The notes below the pieces were generated by a model, which was given only the letters and a program-made list of their open reading frames with translations, was not told the DNA's origin and made no database searches. Positions 9,068-19,499 of a stretch of DNA of 64,000 nt are shown piece after piece. The DNA comes from Vulcanimicrobiota bacterium. Its GTDB lineage: Bacteria; Vulcanimicrobiota; Vulcanimicrobiia; Vulcanimicrobiales; Vulcanimicrobiaceae. Every line of letters begins with the position of its first letter. Positions within the stretch are counted from its first letter, which is position 1. The DNA lies in NCBI GenBank assembly GCA_963812155.1, contig CAWETW010000003.1, positions 736,001-800,000 of the forward strand. The letters run 5' to 3'. The translations under genes and the position numbers were made by a program.

Positions 9068-10172
9068 ATGAGCGACACGCAGCTGACGACCATCGCGCGA
9101 CTCGACGAGCGCCTCACCGTGCTCAAGGAGCGTCTTTGACTACGCAGGCAAGATTCGCCGGATAGCCGAGCTCGAGGAGCGTTCGCGCTCCGAAGGGTTC
9201 TGGAGCGATCCGGAGCCGGCGCAGCGCGTGATGAAAGAACTTTCCGACGAGCAGGCGGCCGCCGCTAGCGTCGCGGACGTCGAGCGCGCGTTGCGCGACG
9301 CTCGCGAGCTACTCGATCTCTTCGGTGACGACCCATCTGCCGGCGCGGAGGTGGGCGGCAGCATCGAGACGGCGCAAGCGGCACTCGATCAGTTGGAAAT
9401 GGCGGCCAACTTCACCGGCGAGTTCGACGCGCACAATGCGATCGTCAGCATCTTCGCAGGAGCCGGCGGCGTCGACGCGGCCGACTGGGCGCAGATGCTC
9501 GCCCGCATGTATTTGCGCTGGGCCGAAGCCAAGAAGTTTTCCGCGCACGTGGTCGAGGAATCGCCGGCCGAGGAGGCGGGTCTGAAATCTGTGACGTTTA
9601 TCGTGCGCGGGCGCAACGCGTACGGTTTGCTGCAAGGCGAGCGCGGCGTTCACCGGCTCGTGCGCCTTTCGCCGTTCGATGCGGCGCACCGGCGCCATAC
9701 GTCGTTTGCGGCAGTCGACGTGATTCCCGAGATTGAAGCCGGTGACGAACGCGAGATCGAGATCAAGGCCGACGATCTGCGCATCGAAACGTTCAAGTCC
9801 GGCGGAGCCGGCGGACAGTACGTCAACAAAACTGAATCGGCCGTGCGCCTGATCCACATTCCGACGGGGATCGTCGTCGCCTCGCAGCAGGAGCGTTCGC
9901 AGGCGCAAAACCGCGATGTCGCGTTGGGCATTTTGCAAGCAAAACTCGCGCAACGCGCCATCGAGGAACGCGAAACGCGCCTCGAAGACCTGCGCGGCGA
10001 GCGGCAAGCCAACGAATGGGGATCGCAAATCCGATCGTACGTGCTCCAGCCCTATCAAATGGTCAAGGATCATCGCACCGACGTTTCGGTCGGCGACGTG
10101 CAAAACGTGCTTGACGGCGGGATCGATGCGTTCGTGTGGCCCTTCCTGCAGCAACGGCGCATCGCTCGATAA
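9068..10172 (+). CDS. prfB: Peptide chain release factor 2 (programmed +1 frameshift)
   Basis: ATG 9068, 23 codons, AGGAG-CGT-CTT-TGA-C at 9126-9140; the +1 frame contains SPF and GGQ motifs. Confidence 0.97.
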
Positions 10173-11515
10173 TGCGCGACCGCTGGCTGTGGTGCGGTTG
10201 CGCGGCCTACGCGGTGCTCTTCACCTGGCTCGGCGCCATCAAATACGCGGCCCATCGCAACCTGGTCGATTTCGGCATCTTTCAACAAACGGTCGCAAGC
10301 GCGTTCGGATGCTTCTGTAATCCGCTCGAGGGCAGCCACTGGGCGTTTCACTTTTCGCCGATTCTCTACGCGCTCGGCGCGGCGGTGGCTATCGTGCCGT
10401 CGCCGCTGACGCTGGTTGCGCTGCAGGCGGCGGCGGGCGCTCTGTGCGCGCCGCCGATCTACGCCATCGTCCGCCCGCGCGCCGGCATCGCGACGGCGCG
10501 CCTGTGTGCGCTCGTGGTTTTTCTCTATCCGCCGCTGGGCGGACTGATATTCGGGGACGTGCACGAGAACGGGTTTGCGCCGGCTGCGGTCGCGTGGACG
10601 CTGTACGCGTTCGATGCCGGCCGGCTCGGATGGTCGGCATTCTTCGCCGCCGTCGCGTTGGCGGTGAAAGAGGATCAGGCGCTGTTCTTGGCCTTTGCGG
10701 GTGCGTGCGGGGCTCTTGCGTATCGGAGCGATCGCCGGCGCGCGCTATTCGCGGCCGGCGTCGCGGCCGTTTCGATTGGCGTTGCCGTGGCGTTCTTCGC
10801 GCTGATTCAACCCAACGCCGAAGCCAATCCGTATTGGCAGCCGGCCCGTTTCTACGCGTGGACCGTCGCCGACGCGCGCGACCTTGCGGCGCACGGCGCG
10901 CTCGAGCGCATCGGATTCCTTCTGTTGATTCTAGCGCCGCTGGCGTTCGTGCCGTTGCGAACGCGCGTTGCACTGCTCGCGGTTCCACCGTTGCTCGAAG
11001 TTCTCGGCTCGCGCATGGACACGACGTTCACATTGGGAACGCACTATGCCGGAGCGTGGGCCGGGTATCTGTTGGTGGCCTATGCTGCCGGAATCTCCGC
11101 CTTAGGCGCGCGCGGCCGCGCGCGGGCGGCCCTCTATTGGTCGCTGGCGCTCTGCGTCCTCGAACTCGCCGTTGCGAATCCGTTGCATCCGGGCGCAAAC
11201 TTGCGCGCGGTGCAGCCGCGCGATCTCGAGCTGGATGCCGCGCTTCACGATCTTCCGCGCGACGCGAGCGTCGCCACGCAAGAGGAAGCGTACACGCACC
11301 TCGGCCTCACCAATCCCTTTGCCCGGCTCTTGCCCGAGGACCCGAACGTCGAGACGCACGCGTGCCTGGTCTTAGTCGACCGCGCGTATTCGGACTCGCC
11401 GCGTTTACAGGAATACGGCAACGCGCTCGCCGCCTTGGTGGCATCCGGAAAATACGTGGCCGTCGTGCGCGTCGGCGACATCGCGATCTTCCGCCGCGTT
11501 ACCGCCTGCCGCTAA
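10172..11515 (+). CDS. DUF2079 membrane protein (GT-C-like)
   Basis: DFGIF.Q, HFSPIL, DVHE and KED motifs; many TMs; TAATG overlap with prfB. Confidence 0.8.
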   Translation: MRDRWLWCGCAAYAVLFTWLGAIKYAAHRNLVDFGIFQQTVASAFGCFCNPLEGSHWAFHFSPILYALGAAVAIVPSPLTLVALQAAAGALCAPPIYAIVRPRAGIATARLCALVVFLYPPLGGLIFGDVHENGFAPAAVAWTLYAFDAGRLGWSAFFAAVALAVKEDQALFLAFAGACGALAYRSDRRRALFAAGVAAVSIGVAVAFFALIQPNAEANPYWQPARFYAWTVADARDLAAHGALERIGFLLLILAPLAFVPLRTRVALLAVPPLLEVLGSRMDTTFTLGTHYAGAWAGYLLVAYAAGISALGARGRARAALYWSLALCVLELAVANPLHPGANLRAVQPRDLELDAALHDLPRDASVATQEEAYTHLGLTNPFARLLPEDPNVETHACLVLVDRAYSDSPRLQEYGNALAALVASGKYVAVVRVGDIAIFRRVTACR

Positions 11516-12483
11516 AGCAACTGGGCCAAAGCGTCGGCCGCGCGTGCGGGCCAATTCGGCTCGGCGCGCACGGTCCGATTCGGCGCGGCCCACGGCGCCC
11601 AGCGCGCGACCTGTAGGGCGTAGCCGCGCGACGGCGGATAGACGCCGACGACCGGCGTGCCGGTCATGCCCGCGACGTGCAGGGCGCCGCTGTCCGGCGT
11701 GACGAGCGCGCGCGTTGCCGCGATGGCTTCTTTCCACGGAGCAATTTCTGCGAAGCATTCGACCGAAATCCCCATCGCTGCAGCAATGCGTCCGGCGTAT
11801 TCCCGCTCGGTCGCGGACGCGAGCAGCCGGAGCGCTCCAAACGATTGCAGGCGGCGCAAGAGATCGATCACGTCGCCGAACGGAATTCCCAAGCGCTGCC
11901 ACTTGTCGGTGATTTGCACGGCGATGCGATCGTCGGGCGCTATATCGCGATCGACGACGAACGGACGCAGCACGTTTGGATCGCGCGAAGGTTCGGCGGA
12001 TTCTCCGAGCAGCGTTCTTCCGAGTTCGAAGATAACGCGGCATTCGTGCGGGGCCTGCCTGTCCAAGCCGGCACTTCGATACACGCGCTGTGTAAGGAAG
12101 CGGCGCGTCCACATCGTCTTTGCCGGTTTTCCCCATGCGTTAGAGAAGCCGATGCGAACCGGTGCGCGGCTTGCCAATGCCAGACGATAGCCGCTTGGAT
12201 CCTCGGTGGCGACGAGTGCGTGCGTGTATTCGCGGATTGCGAGACCTTCGCCGGCGCGCTCGATCGCGTCGACGTTCGACCGCGCGCTCGAACGCAGTTC
12301 GAATTCGGCAACGACGACCGAGCGCACGGCGCGCGACGAGAAGACGCCGGCGTTTTCCCGCCGCAGCACGACGTCTACGGGAATCCGCTTTGCGTGCAGC
12401 GCGGCGACGAGCGGCACGGTCGCGAGCGCATCGCCGACCGCGTCGAGGCGGATGAGCAGCGCCGACGGTGAACTCTGCGGCAT
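11512..12483 (-). CDS. Glycosyltransferase family 9 (heptosyltransferase-like)
   Basis: RLDAVGDAL and TPDSGALHVA motifs. Confidence 0.85.
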   Translation of the reverse strand: MPQSSPSALLIRLDAVGDALATVPLVAALHAKRIPVDVVLRRENAGVFSSRAVRSVVVAEFELRSSARSNVDAIERAGEGLAIREYTHALVATEDPSGYRLALASRAPVRIGFSNAWGKPAKTMWTRRFLTQRVYRSAGLDRQAPHECRVIFELGRTLLGESAEPSRDPNVLRPFVVDRDIAPDDRIAVQITDKWQRLGIPFGDVIDLLRRLQSFGALRLLASATEREYAGRIAAAMGISVECFAEIAPWKEAIAATRALVTPDSGALHVAGMTGTPVVGVYPPSRGYALQVARWAPWAAPNRTVRAEPNWPARAADALAQLL

Positions 12484-12525
12484 GCCGTTTCTCTCCGACC
12501 GCCGGGAGGCGGCGGCCTGCCGCCG

Positions 12526-12870
12526 ATGATCGCTCGCGACGATCTCGTGACGCTCGACGCGGTCGACGGATTTCCCACGGTCCGATCGTACGGGCGGGTT
12601 TCGGGCAGCGCTTCGCGCGCCCGCAACCGGCTTCGTTCGACCTTTCGCAGTCTGGGAATGCTCATCGGCCTTTCGGCGGGAGAGTTTCTCGGAGACGCCG
12701 AGCACTTGCGCAGCGAGGCCCTCGACGCTCTGAGGCGTAACGCCGCCGCACTCGGCGCAAACGCGGTCGTCGGCCTGCAGTTCTACGTTTCGGAAGGCGA
12801 CGATGGGTCGTGCACGGTGCTTGCGTTCGGTCGAGCCGTCCTGGTCGACAAACTCGGACCGGCGGCGTGA
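12526..12870 (+). CDS. YbjQ/UPF0145 family protein
   Basis: R.EAL..L...A..LGANAVVG...VLAFGRAV signature. Confidence 0.85.
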   Translation: MIARDDLVTLDAVDGFPTVRSYGRVSGSASRARNRLRSTFRSLGMLIGLSAGEFLGDAEHLRSEALDALRRNAAALGANAVVGLQFYVSEGDDGSCTVLAFGRAVLVDKLGPAA

Positions 12871-13556
12871 CGCTCGAAGAGCGCGCGCGACGCGAGCGGC
12901 TGCTCCAGCGCGGCGCCGCCAACGCTGCCGCGTGCCGGCGTTGCGCGATCGGGTACGAACGGCGCAACAACGTGTACGGCGAAGGCGATCCCTGTGCGGC
13001 GCTGATGGTCGTCGGCGAGGGGCCCGGTGAAACCGAAGACGAGTTGGGCCGTCCGTTCGTCGGACGCGCGGGCCAGTTGCTCGACCGCATGCTCGGGGCA
13101 ATCGGTCTCGCGCGCGAGGACGTGTATATCTGCAACACCGTCAAATGCCGCCCGACTTTCGCGGGACCTAACGGGCCGCGCAATCGAGCACCCGAACTGG
13201 ACGAGATGGCCAACTGCCGCCCGTTTCTCGACGAGCAAATCGCGATTATCGCGCCCCGCGTTCTGTTGGCGTTGGGCGCCCCGTCGGCGAAGTCGTTTCT
13301 CGGCCGTGACTTTCAGATCACCAAGATGCGCGGACGCTGGTATGCCGGACCTCTCGGAATTCCGCTGATGGTGACCTTTCATCCGGCGTACGTTCTCCGT
13401 CAAACGGGCGGCGAGATCGAAGCCGTGAAGCGTCTGGTATGGAACGATCTCAAACAAGTCCGCGCGAAACTCGACGAGCCGGTCGAACCGGAAATGCCAT
13501 CTTCAGCGGAGACGGCCGAACCGCAGCAGGCCGGCCTTTTTGGGGGAATCTCGTGA
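12867..13556 (+). CDS. udg: Uracil-DNA glycosylase, family 4 (Fe-S)
   Basis: CRRC, GEGPG, PFVGRAG, KCRP and FHPAY motifs. Confidence 0.92.
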   Translation: MTLEERARRERLLQRGAANAAACRRCAIGYERRNNVYGEGDPCAALMVVGEGPGETEDELGRPFVGRAGQLLDRMLGAIGLAREDVYICNTVKCRPTFAGPNGPRNRAPELDEMANCRPFLDEQIAIIAPRVLLALGAPSAKSFLGRDFQITKMRGRWYAGPLGIPLMVTFHPAYVLRQTGGEIEAVKRLVWNDLKQVRAKLDEPVEPEMPSSAETAEPQQAGLFGGIS

Positions 13557-14653
13557 CCCGCGATCCGATGGCAGTGTGGGTCGAGAGTCTGGCCGTGCGC
13601 GCGGGTTTCCCGGATGCGCGCGCGTTCGCCGAACACTTCGGATTGAAACCATACCGGTCGCGCCAGATCTACCGCGCCGCCGCCAAGGAATTGCTTCCGT
13701 CGGTCGACGCGGTGACGACGTTACCGAAGGAGATGCGGAGCGCGCTCGGCGCCAGCGGGGCGACCTTCTCGACGCTGGAATCGTCGGTCGTTCAGAGGTC
13801 GCGAGACGGGCAAACAACCAAGGCGCTCTTCCGTTTGCGGGACGGCAGCGACGTCGAAGCGGTGCTGATGGAGCACTCGGGCGATCGCACGACTGTGTGC
13901 ATCTCCTCGCAAGCCGGCTGCGCCTTTGCGTGCGCGTTCTGTTCGACCGGACAAGCCGGCTTCGGACGAAATTTGGATGCCGTCGAAATCTTCGACCAGG
14001 CGCTGTTCTTTGCACGCGAACTGAACGGTCGCGGAAAGCGGATCACCAACGTCGTGTTCATGGGCATGGGCGAGCCCTTTCACAACTACGGCAACGTGAT
14101 GGATGCCGTCGCGCTGCTCAACGATCCCAACGGCTTCGGATTGGGGCACCGCCACCTGACGATTTCGACCGTCGGACTGGTCGACAAGATCGATCGCTTT
14201 TCGGACGAACGCCTGCAAGTGAATCTCGCGATATCGCTGCACGCACCAAATGACGCGTTGCGTTCAAAAATCATGCCCGTCAACCGCCGGTTCGACGTCG
14301 CGTCGCTGATGGCCGCGTGCGAGCGCTACGTCGCGAAGACGCGGCGAAAAGTATTCTTCGAATACGTGATGCTGGCCGGCGTCAACGACGACGATGGCTG
14401 CGCGCGCGAACTTGCGGCGCTGATGCGCGGGCATCTGTATCACGTCAACCTCATTCCGTATAACGCGACGCCGGACGGTCCGTTCGCCGGAACGACCGAC
14501 GCTCGCATTTGGAAGTTTGCGGGCATTCTCGACGCGGCCGGCGTCCCGACGACGGTCCGCCGCAACATGGGGCGCGACATCGCTGCCGCTTGCGGCCAAC
14601 TCCGCGCCGCAACGCAGGCGAAGGGCGCACCCGCGCAGCCGGTGGGGAGGTGA
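13553..14653 (+). CDS. rlmN: 23S rRNA m2A2503/tRNA m2A37 radical SAM methyltransferase
   Basis: CAFACAFC, MGMGEP and AACGQL motifs; start 13553 or 13568. Confidence 0.95.
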   Translation: MTRDPMAVWVESLAVRAGFPDARAFAEHFGLKPYRSRQIYRAAAKELLPSVDAVTTLPKEMRSALGASGATFSTLESSVVQRSRDGQTTKALFRLRDGSDVEAVLMEHSGDRTTVCISSQAGCAFACAFCSTGQAGFGRNLDAVEIFDQALFFARELNGRGKRITNVVFMGMGEPFHNYGNVMDAVALLNDPNGFGLGHRHLTISTVGLVDKIDRFSDERLQVNLAISLHAPNDALRSKIMPVNRRFDVASLMAACERYVAKTRRKVFFEYVMLAGVNDDDGCARELAALMRGHLYHVNLIPYNATPDGPFAGTTDARIWKFAGILDAAGVPTTVRRNMGRDIAAACGQLRAATQAKGAPAQPVGR

Positions 14654-14657
14654 CGAG

Positions 14658-15011
14658 ATGATTACCGGAATGCACGCCCTTATTTACAGCGCGCACGCGG
14701 AGAAGGTGCAAGAGTTCCTCTCCGACGTGCTCGGATTAGAGTCGGTCGAAGCGGGCGAGGGATGGCCGATTTTTGCTGCGCCGCCGGCCGAACTCGCCGT
14801 GCATCCGACGGACGGAGAGCCTGGCCACGAACTGTATTTGATGTGCGACGACGTATACGCAACGATTGCGTCGTTCAAGGAAAAGGGCGTCGCGTGCTCG
14901 CCGGTTCGAGACCGCGGTTGGGGACTCGTCACGTCGGTCGAGTTGGCGGCCGGCGAAAGCATCGGCCTGTACGAGCCGCACCATCCGTCGCCGCTGCAAT
15001 CGAAGGCGTAG
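14658..15011 (+). CDS. VOC/glyoxalase family protein
   Basis: ELAVHP, ELYLMCDD, DRGWG and IGLYEP motifs. Confidence 0.85.
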   Translation: MITGMHALIYSAHAEKVQEFLSDVLGLESVEAGEGWPIFAAPPAELAVHPTDGEPGHELYLMCDDVYATIASFKEKGVACSPVRDRGWGLVTSVELAAGESIGLYEPHHPSPLQSKA

Positions 15012-15022
15012 GGATTCAGCGC

Positions 15023-15406
15023 GTGGCAACGTGGCGCGACGTTAGCCGGTATGCGCTGGCGTTGCCGGAGACGATCGAAGAACGCTCCACCGACGGCCTG
15101 CGCCGCTGGGCCGTCAAGAAGAAGCTGTTCGCATGGGAGCGGCCGTTGCGCCGTTCGGATTTGCTGGCGCTCGGCGACGATGCGCCGGCCGGCCCGATTC
15201 TCGGATTGCGGACGGCGGACCTCGAAATGAAGGAGATGATGCTCGCGAGCGATCCGGCGGTCTATTTCACGACGCCGCACTTCAATGGATATCCAGCGGT
15301 GCTCGTCCGGCTGAAGGCGATCGCGCCGAAGGACCTCAAGGACGCCGTCGTCGAGGCGTGGCTGACGCGCGCACCGGCGCGGCTTGCCGCGCAGTATCTC
15401 GGATGA
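15023..15406 (+). CDS. MmcQ/YjbR family protein
   Basis: ALALPET, FTTPHFNGYPAVLVRL and EAW...AP motifs. Confidence 0.85.
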   Translation: MATWRDVSRYALALPETIEERSTDGLRRWAVKKKLFAWERPLRRSDLLALGDDAPAGPILGLRTADLEMKEMMLASDPAVYFTTPHFNGYPAVLVRLKAIAPKDLKDAVVEAWLTRAPARLAAQYLG

Positions 15407-15477
15407 CGCGGCTTCCGTCGGTGCGCCGGCAGAAAGCGGCGGGTATCGCTCGCTGCCGGTGAGAAAACCACGCCGGA

Positions 15478-16833
15478 ATGCAGACGGCATCGGATTCGCA
15501 ACGGCGCGTAACGATGGACGAGATTACGGCGCTTGCCAAGCGCCGCGGCTTCGTCTTCCAATCGAGCGAGATTTACGGCGGCATCAACGGATTCTGGGAC
15601 TACGGTCCGCTCGGTGCGATCCTCAAACGCAACGTCAAGAACGCCTGGTGGCGCGATACCGTCGAACTGCGCGACGACGTCGTTGCGTTCGACTCTTCCA
15701 TCATCATGCATCCGCTCGCGTGGAAGGCGTCGGGACACGTCGACGCTTTTCACGACGTGCTGGTCGACTGCAAAGTGTGCAAACACCGCTTTCGCCTCGA
15801 TCACTTGAAGGATGCGGCCTCGTGCCCCGACTGCGGAAGCAAGAATTCGTTCACCGAACCGCGCGCCTTCAATCTCATGATGAAGACCTCGGTAGGCCCG
15901 ATGGACGACACGTCGTCGGAGGCGTACTTGCGGCCCGAGACCGCTCAGGGGATCTTCGTCAACTTCAAAAACGTCTATCAATCGGCCCGCCGTAAGCCGC
16001 CCTTCGGCATCGCGCAAATCGGAAAGTCGTTTCGCAACGAGATCACGCCGGGAAACTTCATCTATCGCGTGCGCGAGTTCGAACAGGCCGAGTTGGAATA
16101 TTTCGTTCCGGACGACGGGAAAGACGTCGCGGTCTTCCACGAATGGGTCGAGCGCCGAAAGACGTGGTACGCCGGTTACGGCATCAAGCCGGAACGGTTG
16201 CGTTTTTACGAACTGACGCCGCAGGAGCGGCCGCATTACGCCAAGGCCGGCGTGGACGTCGAGTACCTGTTCCCGTGGGGATGGGGCGAACTCGAATCGA
16301 TCGCCCACCGCGGTACGTACGATCTCGACGCGCACATGACGTTGTCGGGGAAAGATCTGCGCTTCTTCGACGAAGCCTCGAAGACGCATTACACGCCGCT
16401 CTTAATCGAGAGTTCGGCCGGCATGGACCGCACTACGCTGACGTTTCTGGTGGACGCGTACGAACGCGAGACCAGCGTCGACCCGAATGGAAAGGAGACG
16501 GAGCGCACCGTGCTTCGGTTCCATCCATTCATCGCTCCGGTCCAAGTCGCGGTATTTTCACTGGCGCGCAACAAGCCGGAGTTGGTCGAACGAGCCCGCG
16601 CCATCGAGACTCGCCTGCGTCCGCAGTGGCGCACGCAGTACGATGAGGGCAACATCGGACAGCTCTACCGGCGGCAGGACGAAATCGGCACGCCGTACTG
16701 CGTGACCATCGACTACGAAACCCTGGCCGACGGCAGCGTCACCGTGCGGTCGCGCGATTCGATGCTGCAAGAGCGCGTTGCGGGCGATCGCCTAGGCGCG
16801 CACCTCAAGGAGCGACTGGAGAGCAACGCATGA
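15478..16833 (+). CDS. glyQS: Glycine--tRNA ligase (alpha2 type)
   Basis: KRRGF, LRPETAQG, FRNEITP, REFEQ and YRRQDEIGTP motifs. Confidence 0.97.
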   Translation: MQTASDSQRRVTMDEITALAKRRGFVFQSSEIYGGINGFWDYGPLGAILKRNVKNAWWRDTVELRDDVVAFDSSIIMHPLAWKASGHVDAFHDVLVDCKVCKHRFRLDHLKDAASCPDCGSKNSFTEPRAFNLMMKTSVGPMDDTSSEAYLRPETAQGIFVNFKNVYQSARRKPPFGIAQIGKSFRNEITPGNFIYRVREFEQAELEYFVPDDGKDVAVFHEWVERRKTWYAGYGIKPERLRFYELTPQERPHYAKAGVDVEYLFPWGWGELESIAHRGTYDLDAHMTLSGKDLRFFDEASKTHYTPLLIESSAGMDRTTLTFLVDAYERETSVDPNGKETERTVLRFHPFIAPVQVAVFSLARNKPELVERARAIETRLRPQWRTQYDEGNIGQLYRRQDEIGTPYCVTIDYETLADGSVTVRSRDSMLQERVAGDRLGAHLKERLESNA

Positions 16834-19499
16834 CGACCCCCACCGCCGCCGCTAAATTCGTTTTTTTCTTCGACGAGGGCAAAGCGTCGATGAAAAATCT
16901 TCTCGGCGGTAAGGGTGCGGGGCTTGCCGAGATGACGTCGGCGGGGCTGCCGGTTCCATCGGGCTTCACGATCAGCACCGAGGCCTGCTTGGCGTTTTAC
17001 GACTGCGGGCGCCGTTATCCGGAAGGGCTCTCCGAACAGATCGATTTCGCCATGCGCGAACTCGAAAAGCGTACCGGCAAGGGATTCGGGTCGGTCGAAC
17101 ATCCGCTGCTCGTTTCGGTTCGCAGCGGCGCGCGCGTTTCGATGCCGGGTATGATGGACACCATCCTCAACCTCGGATTGAACGACCGAACCGTCGAGAC
17201 GCTGGCCGCCCTCACCAATAATCCGCGGTTTGCATGGGACGCGTATCGCCGTTTCATCACGATGTTCTCCAGCGTCGTGCTCGGCGTGGGTAAGGATCAC
17301 TTCGAGGAACGCCTCGAGGATCTCAAAGCGTCGCTCGGCGTAAAAAACGATCCGCAAGTCGATGCGGAGTCGTGGAAGAAACTCGTGGAGCAGTTCAAAC
17401 GGATCGTACTGGAGACGGCGGGTCGCGAATTTCCGCAAGACGTCCGCGAACAGCTCGACTTAGCGATTGCCGCGGTCTTCGACTCGTGGCACAGCAAGCG
17501 CGCCGTCGATTACCGGCGATTCAATCGTATTCCCGACGATTGGGGCACGGCCGTGACCGTAATGGAGATGGTATTCGGCAACCTCGGCGACGATTCGGGC
17601 ACCGGCGTGGCCTTCACGCGCGATCCCAACACGGGCGAAGCGGTGCTCTTCGGGGAGTACTTGCGCAACGCGCAGGGCGAAGACGTGGTCGCGGGCATCC
17701 GCACGCCCGAAAAGATCGCGAATTTAGAGCAGACGCAGCCCAAAGTGTTCGCGCAGTTTCAAGAGATCGCAAGCCGTCTGGAGCGGCATTATCGTGACAT
17801 GCAAGACCTCGAGTTCACGGTCGAGCGCGGAAAACTGTTCATGCTGCAGACGCGTAACGGGAAGCGCAGCGCGGAAGCGGCCGTAAAGATCGCTCTCGAC
17901 CTCGTCAACGAAGGGCTTATCGATACGCGTCGCGCGGTCGCGATGGTCAACGCGCAGTCGCTCGATCAACTCTTCCACGCTCGCATCGACCCGCACCAGA
18001 AGATCGAGATTGCGGCCAAAGGGTTGAACGCGTCGCCGGGGGCCGCGTGCGGGCAAGTCGTCTTCAGTGCCGACGACGCGGTAGCATGGCATCGCGAGGG
18101 AAAAAAGACGGTGCTCGTGCGCGTGGAGACGACGCCCGACGACGTGCACGGCATGATCGCCGCCGAGGGCGTGCTCACGGCCAAAGGCGGCGCGACCTCG
18201 CATGCCGCCGTCGTCGCGCGCGGCATGGGCAAACCGTGCGTCGCCGGCTGTGAGGCGCTCAACATCGAGCGGCGCACGAAAATGGCGACGATTGCCGGCC
18301 AACCGCTGCACGAGGGCGATTGGATAACGGTCGACGGCACCACGGGGAACGTCGCGCTCGGCGCGCTTACGCTTATTCCGGCGCCCTCGACGCTGCCCGA
18401 TTGGCTGGCGACCTTGCTTTCGTGGGCAGACGAGCTACGCCGCATGGAAGTATGGGCGAACGCCGACACTCCCGAGGACGCGGCCCGCGCGCGGCAACTC
18501 GGAGCGCAGGGCATCGGCCTGTGCCGCACCGAGCATATGTTCATGCAGCAGGACCGCTTGCCGACCGTGCAGCGCATGATCCTCGCGCACGAACCCGAGG
18601 CACGCGAAGAAGCCCTGCGCAAACTGCTTCCCTTCCAGCGCGACGACTTCGCGGGAATTCTCGAAGCGATGCAGGGCCGCCCCGTCACGATACGTCTTCT
18701 GGACCCGCCGCTGCACGAATTCTTACCGTCGCTCGACGATCTGCTCGTCGAGGTGACCGAACTGCGCATCCAACGCGGCAGCGACTCACCCGACTACAAA
18801 ATTAAGGACGCGATCCTTCAGCGCGTGCTGCAGCTGCGCGAACAAAACCCGATGCTGGGGTTGCGGGTCTGCCGCTTGGGCATTCTCTATCCCGAGATCT
18901 ATGCGATGCAGGTGCGCGCGATTTTCGAGGCGGCGTGCGACCTGAAGGGACGCGGCGTCGACGCGCGGCCCGAAGTGATGATTCCCGGCGTCGGCACGAA
19001 AGAGGAGATGCAGATCACGCGCGCAGCGGCCAAGGCGGTCGCCGACGCCGTGCTTGCGGAGCGCGGCGTCGAACTCGACTATCACATCGGCACGATGATC
19101 GAACTTCCGCGAGCCTGCATCGTCGCCGACGAACTGGCGCTGTACGCCGATTTCTTTTCGTTCGGCACCAACGACTTGACCCAAACGACCTATGGCTATA
19201 GTCGCGACGACGCGGAGGCCTCGTTCATTCCGACCTATCTCGAGAAGCGCATTCTCAAGGTGGATCCGTTCCAAGTGCTCGACCGCCGCGGCGTCGGCAC
19301 CCTCATGCGGGATGCGGTCGAGCGCGGTCGCGGCGTGCGCGACACGATCAAAATCGGCATCTGCGGCGAACACGGAGGCGAACCGAGCAGCATCGCTTTC
19401 TGCGAACAGCTCGGGCTCGACTACGTTTCGTGCTCGCCGTATCGCGTTCCGATCGCTCGTTTGGCGGCTGCCCAAGCCGCGATCGGCGCCCTGGATTAG
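16830..19499 (+). CDS. ppdK: Pyruvate, phosphate dikinase
   Basis: LLGGKGA, VSVRSGA, GGATSHAAVV, GLCRTEHMF and GICGEHGG motifs. Confidence 0.98.
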   Translation: MTTPTAAAKFVFFFDEGKASMKNLLGGKGAGLAEMTSAGLPVPSGFTISTEACLAFYDCGRRYPEGLSEQIDFAMRELEKRTGKGFGSVEHPLLVSVRSGARVSMPGMMDTILNLGLNDRTVETLAALTNNPRFAWDAYRRFITMFSSVVLGVGKDHFEERLEDLKASLGVKNDPQVDAESWKKLVEQFKRIVLETAGREFPQDVREQLDLAIAAVFDSWHSKRAVDYRRFNRIPDDWGTAVTVMEMVFGNLGDDSGTGVAFTRDPNTGEAVLFGEYLRNAQGEDVVAGIRTPEKIANLEQTQPKVFAQFQEIASRLERHYRDMQDLEFTVERGKLFMLQTRNGKRSAEAAVKIALDLVNEGLIDTRRAVAMVNAQSLDQLFHARIDPHQKIEIAAKGLNASPGAACGQVVFSADDAVAWHREGKKTVLVRVETTPDDVHGMIAAEGVLTAKGGATSHAAVVARGMGKPCVAGCEALNIERRTKMATIAGQPLHEGDWITVDGTTGNVALGALTLIPAPSTLPDWLATLLSWADELRRMEVWANADTPEDAARARQLGAQGIGLCRTEHMFMQQDRLPTVQRMILAHEPEAREEALRKLLPFQRDDFAGILEAMQGRPVTIRLLDPPLHEFLPSLDDLLVEVTELRIQRGSDSPDYKIKDAILQRVLQLREQNPMLGLRVCRLGILYPEIYAMQVRAIFEAACDLKGRGVDARPEVMIPGVGTKEEMQITRAAAKAVADAVLAERGVELDYHIGTMIELPRACIVADELALYADFFSFGTNDLTQTTYGYSRDDAEASFIPTYLEKRILKVDPFQVLDRRGVGTLMRDAVERGRGVRDTIKIGICGEHGGEPSSIAFCEQLGLDYVSCSPYRVPIARLAAAQAAIGALD

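Noticed and set aside
12484..13101. N-terminal extension of the GT9 ORF
   Set aside because: Overlaps ybjQ and udg on the other strand; GT9 homology starts near 12483
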